Source of the DNA: Nitrosopumilus sp.
GTDB lineage: Archaea; Thermoproteota; Nitrososphaeria; Nitrososphaerales; Nitrosopumilaceae
DNA length: 64,000 nucleotides
Assembly: GCA_965203315.1 (NCBI GenBank)
Contig: OZ241857.1
Span: 672,001 to 736,000, forward strand
Direction of reading: 5' to 3'
Shown: positions 1-9,785 of the stretch, one piece after another
Layout of the letters: each line of letters opens with the position of its first letter
How positions within the stretch are numbered: position 1 is the stretch's first letter
The notes under the pieces: generated by a model
Seen by the model: the letters and a program-made list of their open reading frames with translations, nothing else
The model's database searches: none
Told to the model about the DNA's origin: nothing
Position numbers and translations under genes: made by a program

Positions 1-411
1 ATTTACACTAGCTTGTAGTTGATCCAGACTAGTTTGTATCTGTTTGATACGGGTCAACATCTCATCCATATTTGGTTTTTCTACAGACTTTACTTGAATA
101 CTAGCCAATTTTCTTCACTCTGGTATTGTTGCATGATACATAATTGCTTTGCGTGATGGTGATTTTGGTTAAAAATGAGTGCGATTGGAGGCACGATATG
201 GCCAAACCCGAATTCTGCCAGACGCTAATTCGAATCAGCGTACTAATCTAGACCAGAGGGTTTCGGTTTCGGATCTTTTCGGTTTACGTCGGATGATATT
301 TGACGAGGTTTTTTTCTGATTTTCCCGTAACCGTGCTATACCACACAAATCGAATAGATCCTCATAAAATCTAGGATCGATAATAAAAAAAAAGGCATGA
401 TTTGTATCGAG

Positions 412-861
412 TCAAGTCAAGCTCTTGAACTTGTCTCTAGTCATGCCGAGAATAACCTTCTCACCGACACCCCAGATATCTGACTTTGAGATGATCCTAG
501 AGTGTAATAGTCCATCGCTGATCTCCAACGACTCTACCTCATTTGTTTCAGGATTACGGTGGATGCGTTTTACTTTACCTATCTTTCTACGATCTAGATC
601 AATTACTGGAACACCAGTTCGTACAGGAGGTCTAGACAGCAAGAGAGTCTCATTCGAGAACTTGTCTATATAGTCATCACCCAGATAATAGTCTCTCTTG
701 AATCCTTGGTGAACAGTAACTCCACATACAACTAGGGTGTTTTGATTTATGTGTACGTGTTTTACCTTTCCATACTCTATGCCTTCTCTATCAATAACCT
801 TCTTTCCAGTAAATGTATCTGCCGTAGCAACATTCTCAGGCATTCCATCTATTACTGACAT
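412..861 (-). CDS. PRC-barrel domain protein (two tandem PRC barrels)
   Basis: Two G-x-x-V-I-D-x-x-G-x-x-x-G-K-V-type repeats (GKKVIDREGIEYGKV; GVPVIDLDRRKIGKV). Confidence 0.8.
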   Translation of the reverse strand: MSVIDGMPENVATADTFTGKKVIDREGIEYGKVKHVHINQNTLVVCGVTVHQGFKRDYYLGDDYIDKFSNETLLLSRPPVRTGVPVIDLDRRKIGKVKRIHRNPETNEVESLEISDGLLHSRIISKSDIWGVGEKVILGMTRDKFKSLT

Positions 862-1040
862 GTCAGATAATGATAGAGTTTGTTTATCATATCAAGTGTA
901 AGAAAAGTCTAGCAATCAAGTTAAATTACTTGACTAACAATGGCTCTACATGGCAGAGACGTTTATTGCAACTTTGATAACCAAAGGGCGAAGAACAGGA
1001 AGAGAGCATGCAGTAAAACTAAAAGCTGTAAGATATGCTA

Positions 1041-1233
1041 TCCATGTGAATAGCTTATAAAGATTTACTCTGATTCACGACTATTGTGCATAGCATACGC
1101 TAGGGATGTGTTCCCATGTAAAGGACTGCGAACATATATCCATTCGAGTGGTTAACTCACTATCATTCTTCGTCCATTCGTCAAAATCTGTACATTTAGG
1201 TCGCCGAGTGATATCTCAAATATCTTCCGTACG
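1041..1233 (-). ncRNA. Putative bridge/seek RNA region of IS110 copy 1
   Basis: Conserved blocks with the copy 2 non-coding end; contains CGACCTA and TATGCTA matching the target CGATC-TA-GCATA, and ATGGATA matching the donor end. Confidence 0.55.
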
Positions 1234-2370
1234 TTAATGATTTCGACTACAATGTGTGACATAATCATCCCTATCTATAAGCATATGGTACATCAATCGT
1301 AGTAGTTTGGAGGCAGTTGCAACAGTTGCTTTGCTTACCGCGCGTCTCTTTTTAATTCTGTTATGAAATTTTGTAATGTAACTATGGGGCTCACATTTTA
1401 TGTGTACATGAACTGCTTCGGTCAATGCCCATCTAAGCATTTTATCACCTTTCCTCGTTATATGTCCATGATTTTGTTTACCATCTGAATTACGAACAGA
1501 TGGTACTATTCCTGCATACGAACATATCTTACGAACAGTTGGGAATCTCTTGACATCTCCAATACTAGATATTACAACAAGTGCAACAAAGTTTCCAACT
1601 CCGGGAATCGTCTTTAACAACTGTGCATCTTGTGATCTCTTTACCTCCTCACGCATTTTAATATCCAATTGTCTAATCATTTCTTCATGGCAAGTTATCA
1701 TATCTAGATAGTTGTCTATTCTATAATCCTCAAGTTTCTTCAATTCCTCTCTAAATGACTTGCTAAAACTTGAACCAGGTATTTTAATCCCATATTGCAG
1801 TAATATCCCATGTATGAGATTCTTGTATTTTGTTCTACTCTTTACAATTACATCCCTATGTCGAACCAACTGTTTTAATTTAACAGTGTATTCACTAGGA
1901 ACAAAACAAGGCGAGATATAATTTCCTCTTAAAAGATCTGCCAGTGTCCATGCATCCACCTTGTCTGTCTTTTTCTTTGATTCGGCAATAGCCTTTGTTT
2001 GATATGGATTCGATAGTACTACATCAAATCCCAATTCATCTGTCAAGTATCTATACAGCCAATACCATACTGACGATGACTCCATCACACAACGTGTATT
2101 GAGTGGTGTAAATTGTGCAAAGAATTTTTTGAGACTGTCATGATCTGTAGCAACACGCTCATTGAGTATACGCTTGCCATCCTGATCCATTGCTGCAATT
2201 TGCAGAAACCTCTTGTGTGCATCTATTCCGATATAGATCATCTTGTTTTTCTTTTTTAGATGGGTAATCTGTTCGTTTGCATTTTCTCTTTTAGATCGCT
2301 TTACAGGTGATCGCTTGGATCGACTCACATACCTTCTATCATCTGAATGTACTCTGATCGGCTTCTTCAC
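1234..2370 (-). CDS. IS110-family DEDD recombinase/transposase
   Basis: YIGIDAHK, VMESS, KKTDKVDA, LKTIPGVG, YAGIVPSVRNSDG (catalytic Ser), ITRKGDKMLRWAL motifs. Confidence 0.95.
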   Translation of the reverse strand: MKKPIRVHSDDRRYVSRSKRSPVKRSKRENANEQITHLKKKNKMIYIGIDAHKRFLQIAAMDQDGKRILNERVATDHDSLKKFFAQFTPLNTRCVMESSSVWYWLYRYLTDELGFDVVLSNPYQTKAIAESKKKTDKVDAWTLADLLRGNYISPCFVPSEYTVKLKQLVRHRDVIVKSRTKYKNLIHGILLQYGIKIPGSSFSKSFREELKKLEDYRIDNYLDMITCHEEMIRQLDIKMREEVKRSQDAQLLKTIPGVGNFVALVVISSIGDVKRFPTVRKICSYAGIVPSVRNSDGKQNHGHITRKGDKMLRWALTEAVHVHIKCEPHSYITKFHNRIKKRRAVSKATVATASKLLRLMYHMLIDRDDYVTHCSRNH

Positions 2371-2779
2371 ATATGGTTAGATCGTGGTACTTTTCCAGAC
2401 ACCGTCCTGATAGCGACTGGTTTCAGAATGCACTTGCCTACCCCATGGTAAAGATATCACACAAGGAGGAGGTGCTCAATGGTATCGCAAGAGAGATAAC
2501 AGATCCCAAACTAGTACAGTCAATATCAAATGCCAAGTATCCAAACGAAGAGCGTGCAAAAGAACCACGGGTTGTGATCGAGGTCAAGGTACAGGATTTG
2601 TCCGCATCAGACACAACATAGAGATCTTGGATCATGATACGTATTGCAGGTATAGACACGCAACTCGTGGACAAAAGTCTCAATACTCGTCATATATTCT
2701 TAGGATTTGTCCACGATACCCATGACAAGACCATACTAGTTTGAGAACTTTTATTACAGTTGAGGTTCAGAGTCCGAAT

Positions 2780-3340
2780 ATGCCCATGACAAGACCAATA
2801 GTCAGCATCGAGAATGTCGTTGCGTCTGCAGCCGTAGAGCAAAAGATGGATCTAAATGAGATCACAAAGACCTTCTCTGACGTAGAGTATCATCCAGATC
2901 AGTTTCCTGGACTCGTGTTTAGATTAAAGAGTCCCAAAACAGCCACATTGATATTTAGTTCTGGTAAGATGGTATGTACTGGATCCAAATCTGAAGAGTT
3001 GGCAAGAAAAGCGGTAAAGACAGTAGTCCAAAGACTGCGAAGAGGAGGAATCAAGATAAAAAAAGATGCTACGGTCGAGATTCAGAATATTGTAGCGGCT
3101 ATAAATTTGGGTGGAAAAATTCACTTGGAACAAGCGGCACGGACATTACCAAGAAGCATATATGAACCAGAACAATTTCCAGGACTAATTCACAGAATGA
3201 TTGATCCAAAGACAGTAATCCTAGTATTCTCTTCTGGCAAGCTTGTATGTGCAGGTACAAAACACGAGTCAGATGTATATCGAGCTGTAAACACTTTGCA
3301 TTCACAACTAGAAGATAAAGATCTCATGATATACGACTAG
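2780..3340 (+). CDS. tbp: TATA-box binding protein
   Basis: SIENVVAS, EYHPDQFPGLVFRL, LIFSSGKMVCTG and second repeat YEPEQFPGL; ATG 2780 preferred over TTG 2741. Confidence 0.97.
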   Translation: MPMTRPIVSIENVVASAAVEQKMDLNEITKTFSDVEYHPDQFPGLVFRLKSPKTATLIFSSGKMVCTGSKSEELARKAVKTVVQRLRRGGIKIKKDATVEIQNIVAAINLGGKIHLEQAARTLPRSIYEPEQFPGLIHRMIDPKTVILVFSSGKLVCAGTKHESDVYRAVNTLHSQLEDKDLMIYD

Positions 3341-3493
3341 AGTAGTCATGGACAAAAACAAGTTTACTCTCGTTCATGACTTGTTGATGAATTGTTTTGC
3401 CACACGGTTATCAGAGTAAGAGATTGATCGATAACATGATAGGCAAGTGTGACTGTAAACTCGATTGTATCCAAACCACACATGCAAACAAGA

Positions 3494-3820
3494 TCAGATG
3501 ATTCTACTACCTGGTGGCACATCGCCAGGTACTGTTAACCAAAACGGTTTATCGTCCACATCTGCGGCTAACAGCATCGCGTTGGATTTGACGCCAGCAA
3601 TCTCTTTTGGTTCAAGATTAGTTATAACAACTACGGTTTTGCCAACTAGATCTTTTGGAGCATAGTATTGTGCGCCACCAACAATAACTGTACGTTGATC
3701 TCCATTACCGAGATCTATAAGCCCTTGAACTATTTTGGACTTGCCCGGTATAGGAGTGATCGATGTTATGCGAGCTGTACGTAGATCGATCTTTTTAAAA
3801 TCATCATAAGACACATGCAT
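3494..3820 (-). CDS. tRNA-binding OB-fold protein (Trbp111/CsaA/MetRS C-terminal-like)
   Basis: SYDDFKKIDLR, NLEPKEIAGVKSNAMLLAA, PPGSRI. Confidence 0.9.
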   Translation of the reverse strand: MHVSYDDFKKIDLRTARITSITPIPGKSKIVQGLIDLGNGDQRTVIVGGAQYYAPKDLVGKTVVVITNLEPKEIAGVKSNAMLLAADVDDKPFWLTVPGDVPPGSRII

Positions 3821-3937
3821 GACTAGTGTATAGAATTGGGTTTAAAATGACTTTCTAATATTAGTGAACATGTGGATAATTTGTTCTAGTCCAGATAAGA
3901 TATGTAACATTACAGTACAACGAAGAATGTTTTTCAT

Positions 3938-4076
3938 AGACTGTATGCGTGTTTCTTACATCATATGCACACTTAAGTACAATAAAACACACGTGTGATT
4001 TCTAGAGGCAGATTGATTCATTGTTATCGAGTTTGGTGATTGGGCATGGGCACTCTTAATAATACGCATACAGTCT
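3938..4076. mobile_element. MITE family A copy 1 (about 140 bp)
   Basis: TIR AGACTGTATGCGT/ACGCATACAGTCT; 10 homologous copies in the window. Confidence 0.85.
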
Positions 4077-4266
4077 CATGCATTCTAGTAAATTGGTAGC
4101 GATCAACAGTTTTTGTATGAGAATTCTAAAAACTTTGCAAAATAAGACGGTCAGCGTATTGTCTATGACAAATTATCCTCACTACACCCATGTTTCTGAT
4201 CACATAGCACGTGTTGATTCACACAGTATCACCTCGATCTCAACCCCCTACCAGCATAACAGAATC

Positions 4267-4734
4267 TTATCTGGTTTCAGCAATATCTAATAAACTTTTT
4301 AAATTATCTTGAATATCTTGTAATATTTTTTCTGCTTCTAGTTGAGTCATATTACGTCGATGATGAGCGACCTCACTCAAGAATTTATATTGTCTCGCAA
4401 GTTGCTCGCATAACTCTTGTCTTTTTTTATATGTGAGTTTTGATTTTTTGTTCGTGCCATAAATTAACATTTCTGTATTATCCAAAAGGTTGTTAACTCT
4501 ATCGCTGTAACCTCTTACTTTGAGTTCCGCAACACCATAAATAGATCGTTTAATCCTTGCTAAAAGATCAATCACTTCTCTCAACGAATGTGCAAAATGT
4601 ACCATTCTGTCATTATGGCGTAAATAAAGTACATCTACTGCGCCCAAATAAGCTGTCTTGATCAAAGGAGAATACTCTCCAAGATTCTCAGACAACAATA
4701 TTTGTTTATCAATGCGTATCATCCTCAATAGCAT
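4267..4734 (-). CDS. Hypothetical protein, HEPN-like or pPIWI-associated-nuclease-like domain, possibly truncated
   Basis: AHSLRE and EVAHHR motifs; AT-rich and flanked by MITEs. Confidence 0.45.
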   Translation of the reverse strand: MLLRMIRIDKQILLSENLGEYSPLIKTAYLGAVDVLYLRHNDRMVHFAHSLREVIDLLARIKRSIYGVAELKVRGYSDRVNNLLDNTEMLIYGTNKKSKLTYKKRQELCEQLARQYKFLSEVAHHRRNMTQLEAEKILQDIQDNLKSLLDIAETR

Positions 4735-4805
4735 ATGTGAGATATACTATAAATCTATAGGTTATTACACAATAACCCATAAATTGCCATAATTTTTATA
4801 GGATT

Positions 4806-4944
4806 AGACTGTATGCGCGTTATTAAGAGTGTCCATGCCCAATCATCAAACACAACAACAACGAATCAATTTGCCTCTGGAAATCACACCTGTGTTTTAT
4901 TGTACTTAAGTGTGCGTATGATGTAAGAAATACGCATACAGTCT
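4806..4944. mobile_element. MITE family A copy 2
   Basis: Same TIRs, TA on both sides, opposite orientation to copy 1. Confidence 0.85.
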
Positions 4945-5060
4945 ATAGCAAGACGTAACCGGTTAAGTCCCTTTTAAAGGAATACGTATAGTTCACAAAA
5001 CATCACTATCAGATACCAGATATGCAAATGCTCTGCTAGAATCGAGTTTTGGTGTGAAAA

Positions 5061-6680
5061 TTATACGCCGTTTATGAGATCACTGACGTCTTGTTTCTTT
5101 AAGATTCGCAACAATACGTCATGAATGTTCTTGCCTTGTTTGCGACACGTCAGAAAGATTGTCCACAGAATAGACCAATTCTTTCTTCCTGTTTCTGATA
5201 CGATGTGTTGTGATATTTTACGTTTGATCACAGGTTTGCGAACATATCTCTCGGTCTCGTTGTTTGTTGGGTCCATTCCAGGATGTTGTACAAACGTAAG
5301 CAGATCTGGTGCAGCATTGCGCAATGTCGTGGCAAATTTCTTGTTGCCTAGCTTTTCATGTTGGTTTGCAATCTCGTACAGTTTGCCCAGTAGATCAGAT
5401 ACGTCTCCTGGCGGCCGTTTTTTTGCAGTATGAAATACCCACTGTAGCTCTCGGTGTAGTGCCTGCGTTGCTGCTGCATATTTTGTTGTGTCTAGCGCTC
5501 CTTTTGAGTCACGTATGACATGCACCCAACATCGCTGTTTCTTGATTCCCAACAGTTTACAGAGGATTTGATATACGATATATCCGTCAACAGTCATCGA
5601 CATACGCAGAAATTCTTTGAAAAACTGTTCCAAAACAACTCTTGAACGAGAGGTTGCGATATATACAATTACATGTCCATCTGTGACTGCTATCCAACCA
5701 TATCCTCTTGCTAGTTTTACTTTATATGGAAATTCATCGAATTTTACGAATTTGGTCTTTTTTGCTGCTGTTTTAATTGCATCTGCGACTGGCTCTGCTG
5801 CTGTGGCTAGTGCATTGATGGCATTATTTATTGAAGATTTTGTTACGTTTATATCATAAACCTCTTGAAAATGGTCTCTAATCATACCTTGAGACAGATT
5901 ATTGGCTAATAGACTGCCCATATTGCTAACGAGATTTGCACCAAACTCTGTACCTTTGACCTTGTCTGGGATATCGTCTGCTGTATTCCATGTGTATGAA
6001 CAATCCATGCAGGCATATTCGTGTCCGATGTTTGTTGTCGTTGTAGCAGAAATTTGAGGTGGAATGTCTGTAAGTCTATTTACTGTTGGTTTTTTGTGTT
6101 TGATGTTACGGCTCTTACACTTTGGGCATTTACTGGCCTTGCGTTGTATAACCTTTACAGATTTTCGTTTACTAGTGCGTGACCCCGCATGGTTTTTAGG
6201 TCGACCTGCTCGTTTGTGTTTGTTTTCTGGTTTCTTTTTTTCCTTACTAGCTCTTTGTGCTGTAAAACTGATTGTAGATGATGACATGTGTGGACTGTTG
6301 TAGAAATTGAGTGGAATGTCCTGTGCTGTAAGTTTTTTATTCTGTTCATCGATTATACTATACAGATGCATGGCTAGATCGTTATCTTTACTTTCACCTT
6401 GACTCATATCTCGTATAATCTCATTTAACTCTGTAATCTTTTGTTCTTTCTCTGCAAGTCTATACTGCGTATCAACTAGTTGGTTACTCTGTTCGGTTAG
6501 TTGATGAGTCATCTCGGCAATAGTTAGATCACGTTCTACTATCGTTGCTGTTTGTCTATCGTTCTCTGATTTTAGAGTGTCTCTTTCTTTTACAATATCA
6601 TCATACATTTCCCATACTCGACTCAACTCTTTTCTGACCAGCACAGTTTCTTGCTTTGACATGTTCATATCTAGTACCAA
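5061..6680 (-). CDS. IS66-family transposase (TnpC-like) with long N-terminal coiled coil
   Basis: Zn finger CPKC...CMDC, FDE, TVDGY, QRCWVHVIRD, PTNNETERYVRKPVIKRKIS. Confidence 0.93.
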   Translation of the reverse strand: MVLDMNMSKQETVLVRKELSRVWEMYDDIVKERDTLKSENDRQTATIVERDLTIAEMTHQLTEQSNQLVDTQYRLAEKEQKITELNEIIRDMSQGESKDNDLAMHLYSIIDEQNKKLTAQDIPLNFYNSPHMSSSTISFTAQRASKEKKKPENKHKRAGRPKNHAGSRTSKRKSVKVIQRKASKCPKCKSRNIKHKKPTVNRLTDIPPQISATTTTNIGHEYACMDCSYTWNTADDIPDKVKGTEFGANLVSNMGSLLANNLSQGMIRDHFQEVYDINVTKSSINNAINALATAAEPVADAIKTAAKKTKFVKFDEFPYKVKLARGYGWIAVTDGHVIVYIATSRSRVVLEQFFKEFLRMSMTVDGYIVYQILCKLLGIKKQRCWVHVIRDSKGALDTTKYAAATQALHRELQWVFHTAKKRPPGDVSDLLGKLYEIANQHEKLGNKKFATTLRNAAPDLLTFVQHPGMDPTNNETERYVRKPVIKRKISQHIVSETGRKNWSILWTIFLTCRKQGKNIHDVLLRILKKQDVSDLINGV

Positions 6681-6849
6681 CTAGTATATTGATATGTACG
6701 TCAAAGTTATACGACACATTGCTAAAATATTACGATCAATATTGTTATGCAAATTACTTGGACACATCAATATACGATGATATCTGCTGAACTTTGATAT
6801 TTCACAAGAATCCCACACAAATTGGCCTTTATAAGGAACTTAACCGTAT

Positions 6850-7977
6850 GTGAAGGTGCATTCAACAAAGATAGATGGTGATAAGCATGCTGGTCGATCC
6901 AAAGAATCGTCTACAAAGCCCAAGACAGATGGAAACACACACATTATACGACTACCCAAGAGAATCAAGATGATCTATGTAGGGATAGATGCTCACAAAA
7001 AGTTTCTCCAGATAGCAGCAGTAGATGAAAAAGGCAAATTGCTACTCAATGAGCGTGTAATTAATGAACATAGGTATGTTAAAGAATTCTTTGCTCAATT
7101 TCCTAGGGATAAAACAAAATGTGTGGTAGAGTCATCATCAGTATGGCAAGGGTTGTTCAGATACATTAGAGATGATCTGGGGTTTGATATTATACTGTCT
7201 AACCCATATCAAACCAAAGCTATTGCTTCATCAAAGAAAAAGACAGACAAAGCAGACGCCAAAATACTAGCAGACCTACTCAGAGGAGATTACGTAACAG
7301 AATGTTATGTGGCTGATCTGTACACTATGGAATCAAGAGAATTAGTTAGATATAGAAACAGTCTCGTACAACATAAAACAGATTTTAAGAATCTAATTCA
7401 TGCAATAACACTACAAAAAGGAATCAAGATAATAGGTACACCATTTACTCGAGGATATACAAAACAATTAGAAACAATTGGAGACAGACGTATACTAGGA
7501 TATCTAAATCTAATTAATTCAATTAACGATGAAATTACTAGGACTAATTTTGAGATAAAGAGAAGAGTAGAAGAATCTAAATCTGCTCAATTACTGAAAA
7601 CTATTCCTGGCATTGGAGACTATATTGCACTTACAATATCTTCAGAGATTGGCGACATATCTAGATTTAACGACGCAGACAAACTATGCATGTATGCCGG
7701 AATAGTTCCTGCAGTATATAACTCGGGAGAAAAAAAAATAAAAGGAAGAATAACAAAACGAGGAAGCGGTATAATGAGATGGGTTCTAGTTGAGGCCATA
7801 CGAGTACATGTTGTTCATGCTAAAGATAGTCATATTACAAAATTTTACAACAAGCTCGCAAAAAAGAAAGGAAAGAAAAAAGCAGCAGTTGCAGCAGCTG
7901 CAAAGCTACTCAGAATTGCGTATTACATGCTCAAAAAGGAGGAAAAATTTGATATACATTATGGTCAGAATCGTTAA
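6850..7977 (+). CDS. IS110-family DEDD recombinase/transposase
   Basis: YVGIDAHK, VVESS, KKTDKADA, LKTIPGIG, YAGIVPAVYNSG; paralog of 1234-2370. Confidence 0.95.
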   Translation: MKVHSTKIDGDKHAGRSKESSTKPKTDGNTHIIRLPKRIKMIYVGIDAHKKFLQIAAVDEKGKLLLNERVINEHRYVKEFFAQFPRDKTKCVVESSSVWQGLFRYIRDDLGFDIILSNPYQTKAIASSKKKTDKADAKILADLLRGDYVTECYVADLYTMESRELVRYRNSLVQHKTDFKNLIHAITLQKGIKIIGTPFTRGYTKQLETIGDRRILGYLNLINSINDEITRTNFEIKRRVEESKSAQLLKTIPGIGDYIALTISSEIGDISRFNDADKLCMYAGIVPAVYNSGEKKIKGRITKRGSGIMRWVLVEAIRVHVVHAKDSHITKFYNKLAKKKGKKKAAVAAAAKLLRIAYYMLKKEEKFDIHYGQNR

Positions 7978-8181
7978 AGTGCGTGCTACCGGTTGGGAGA
8001 AAATCATCCCGTGAACTTAATTGCATAGATTCTGATAAAAGGACGAAGAATGGTGGTGGGACATTGCGAACCCGGATGGATAATTATCCGAAATCCTTTG
8101 ATTGATAGGAACACATTCCTAGCGTAAGCTATGCACCACAATCATAAGATCTCTAAAACCTTTATAAATACTTCACATGGA
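7978..8181 (+). ncRNA. Putative bridge/seek RNA region of IS110 copy 2
   Basis: Conserved with copy 1 (GGACGAAGAATG, ATGGATA, GGAACACAT-CCTAGCGTA-GCTATGCAC); GAACTTA matches the left target half GGAACT-TA. Confidence 0.55.
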
Positions 8182-8247
8182 TAACCGGTTACAGCAAGAC
8201 CAACACAAAATATAAATATGACGCAATCAATAAAAATATGAGAAAAA

Positions 8248-9612
8248 TTGCTAGTTGAGAAAGCAAAAGGCATTTCAGAGTTTTTACAATCTTTTGAAGA
8301 GTCTGAACCAAACTTGGATGGTGAAAAAACGTTCAGAGAATTTGTTGCGAATCACATAAGAGAGGCTTCCAAGCATGCCGACTCGATAACTACTCTTCCA
8401 TCACAGATGCAAAATGAATATCTACAAGCTATGAGTGATTCGGTCTATTTTCGAGGAGAGCCTGACTGGCATCCACTTTTAAATTTGATCGAGCAGATAA
8501 TCAACGACTCTAAATACCATCCAGAATTGATCAATAGTGATATGACAAATCTTGCATCAGACATACTTGAAAATGGAATGCGTCGGAATGTTATCAGTTA
8601 CTCCTTAAAAGAACGAGTATGGGATATTATTCTAAAGATAGTTGAGATAGGAGACATGTACAATGAACCAGAACATGCCACATCTATGGCAGCTGAGTCT
8701 TTTAAACAATCAGTAAAAAATATCGGTGGAAAGTCATACCATGTGTTGTACATGTATTTGGTTTGGTGCAACGATAATAATGAACCAAATAACAGATTCA
8801 AAGATGTCAAACAAATCTTTGAAAGGTACCTAACAAATACCAAAAAATATACAATATCTAGGCATGCAGTATTTGGGTATTTTTTATCTAGATCGTTATA
8901 CATAAACAGACAGTGGACACTAGATGTGGTGATAAAGAAGATAGAATCAAGTTCATTATATTTCAAGATATCTTTTTGGCATTGTTATCTGTTTAATGAA
9001 AAAGAGAGAGAGTTGTTCATTACAATGAGATCATGGTACCGTGAATTTCTCACTAATCGTGAGATCATACATGTCATACATGACAATAGACTGTACAGGA
9101 AAACTATTGAACATGTTACAATAGCCTTTCTGTATGATGTAAAAGGTTTTGATGAAATATTGACAGAGTTTATCAATGATGCTGACGACAAGTCGTTAGA
9201 ATGCTGTTTCAACATTGCGTTTATCGCTTCAACAGACAAAGAGAATAGCATCAGAGTTAAACCTAAAATACATTTATTGTGGAAAGATAAGAGATTTGTA
9301 AACTCGTCCAACTTTGAAATCTGGTTCAAGGAGAGCATATTTGACAAAGATAACATTGATCTATTGTTGTATTATATTCAAAACCGAACTAGAGAGTTTC
9401 CAGACAGTGAATTCCCCATTGATCGACTTGCAGAATACATAGACGATTGTCCATTAAAGGTAGCACAATGTATAAAGATGCTTGTAGGCAGACATGTAGG
9501 TCTAACACACAAGACTATACAACCACTACTAGACAAACTATGCAAGAACAATAATCCAGAGATCATCAACATGTGTAGAGAGATTGACAAAAAGATCAAA
9601 ACTACAACTTGA
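8248..9612 (+). CDS. Helical-repeat hypothetical protein, probably the C-terminal part of a larger disrupted gene
   Basis: 454-aa ORF starting just after the IS66 TSD with a weak TTG start; no recognisable catalytic motif. Confidence 0.55.
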   Translation: MLVEKAKGISEFLQSFEESEPNLDGEKTFREFVANHIREASKHADSITTLPSQMQNEYLQAMSDSVYFRGEPDWHPLLNLIEQIINDSKYHPELINSDMTNLASDILENGMRRNVISYSLKERVWDIILKIVEIGDMYNEPEHATSMAAESFKQSVKNIGGKSYHVLYMYLVWCNDNNEPNNRFKDVKQIFERYLTNTKKYTISRHAVFGYFLSRSLYINRQWTLDVVIKKIESSSLYFKISFWHCYLFNEKERELFITMRSWYREFLTNREIIHVIHDNRLYRKTIEHVTIAFLYDVKGFDEILTEFINDADDKSLECCFNIAFIASTDKENSIRVKPKIHLLWKDKRFVNSSNFEIWFKESIFDKDNIDLLLYYIQNRTREFPDSEFPIDRLAEYIDDCPLKVAQCIKMLVGRHVGLTHKTIQPLLDKLCKNNNPEIINMCREIDKKIKTTT

Positions 9613-9644
9613 GTCCAAGTACACGAGTTAGAGATAGCAGCTGT

Positions 9645-9785
9645 AGACTGTATGCGTATTTCTTATGTCTTGTGCATATTTTGAGACACAATCAAACACA
9701 TATGTGATTTCCAGAAGCAAACTGATTCATTGTTGTCATGTTTGATGATTGGACATGAGCACTCTTAATAATACGCATACAGTTT
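9645..9785. mobile_element. MITE family A copy 3
   Basis: Family A TIRs and internal homology. Confidence 0.85.

Larger units (their letters stand above)
1039..2379 (-). mobile_element. IS110-family (IS1111-like) element, copy 1
   Basis: TA core at both junctions; ends TA|ACCATATGTGAAG and TTCACATGGA|TA shared with copy 2; short subterminal IR (ATGTGAA/TTCACAT); about 190-bp 3' non-coding end. Confidence 0.9.
950..2621 (+). pseudogene. F420/deazaflavin-dependent nitroreductase-like (DUF385) gene split by IS110
   Basis: 950-1040 encodes MAETFIATLITKGRRTGREHAVKLKAVRYA. 2380-2621 continues RSWYFSRHRPDSDWFQNA. Removing the IS with one TA restores a 110-aa ORF with T-x-G-R-R-T-G and S-D-W motifs. 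Confidence 0.8.
6841..8183 (+). mobile_element. IS110-family (IS1111-like) element, copy 2
   Basis: TA|ACCGTATGTGAAG ... CTTCACATGGA|TA; same architecture as copy 1. Confidence 0.9.
4955..8192 (-). mobile_element. IS66-family element (single ORF) with IS110 inserted in its right TIR
   Basis: TIR GTAACCGGTTAAGTCCCTTTTAAAGG; right TIR reconstituted from 6825-6842 plus 8184-8192; 8-bp TSD AGCAAGAC at 4947-4954 and 8193-8200. Confidence 0.9.
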
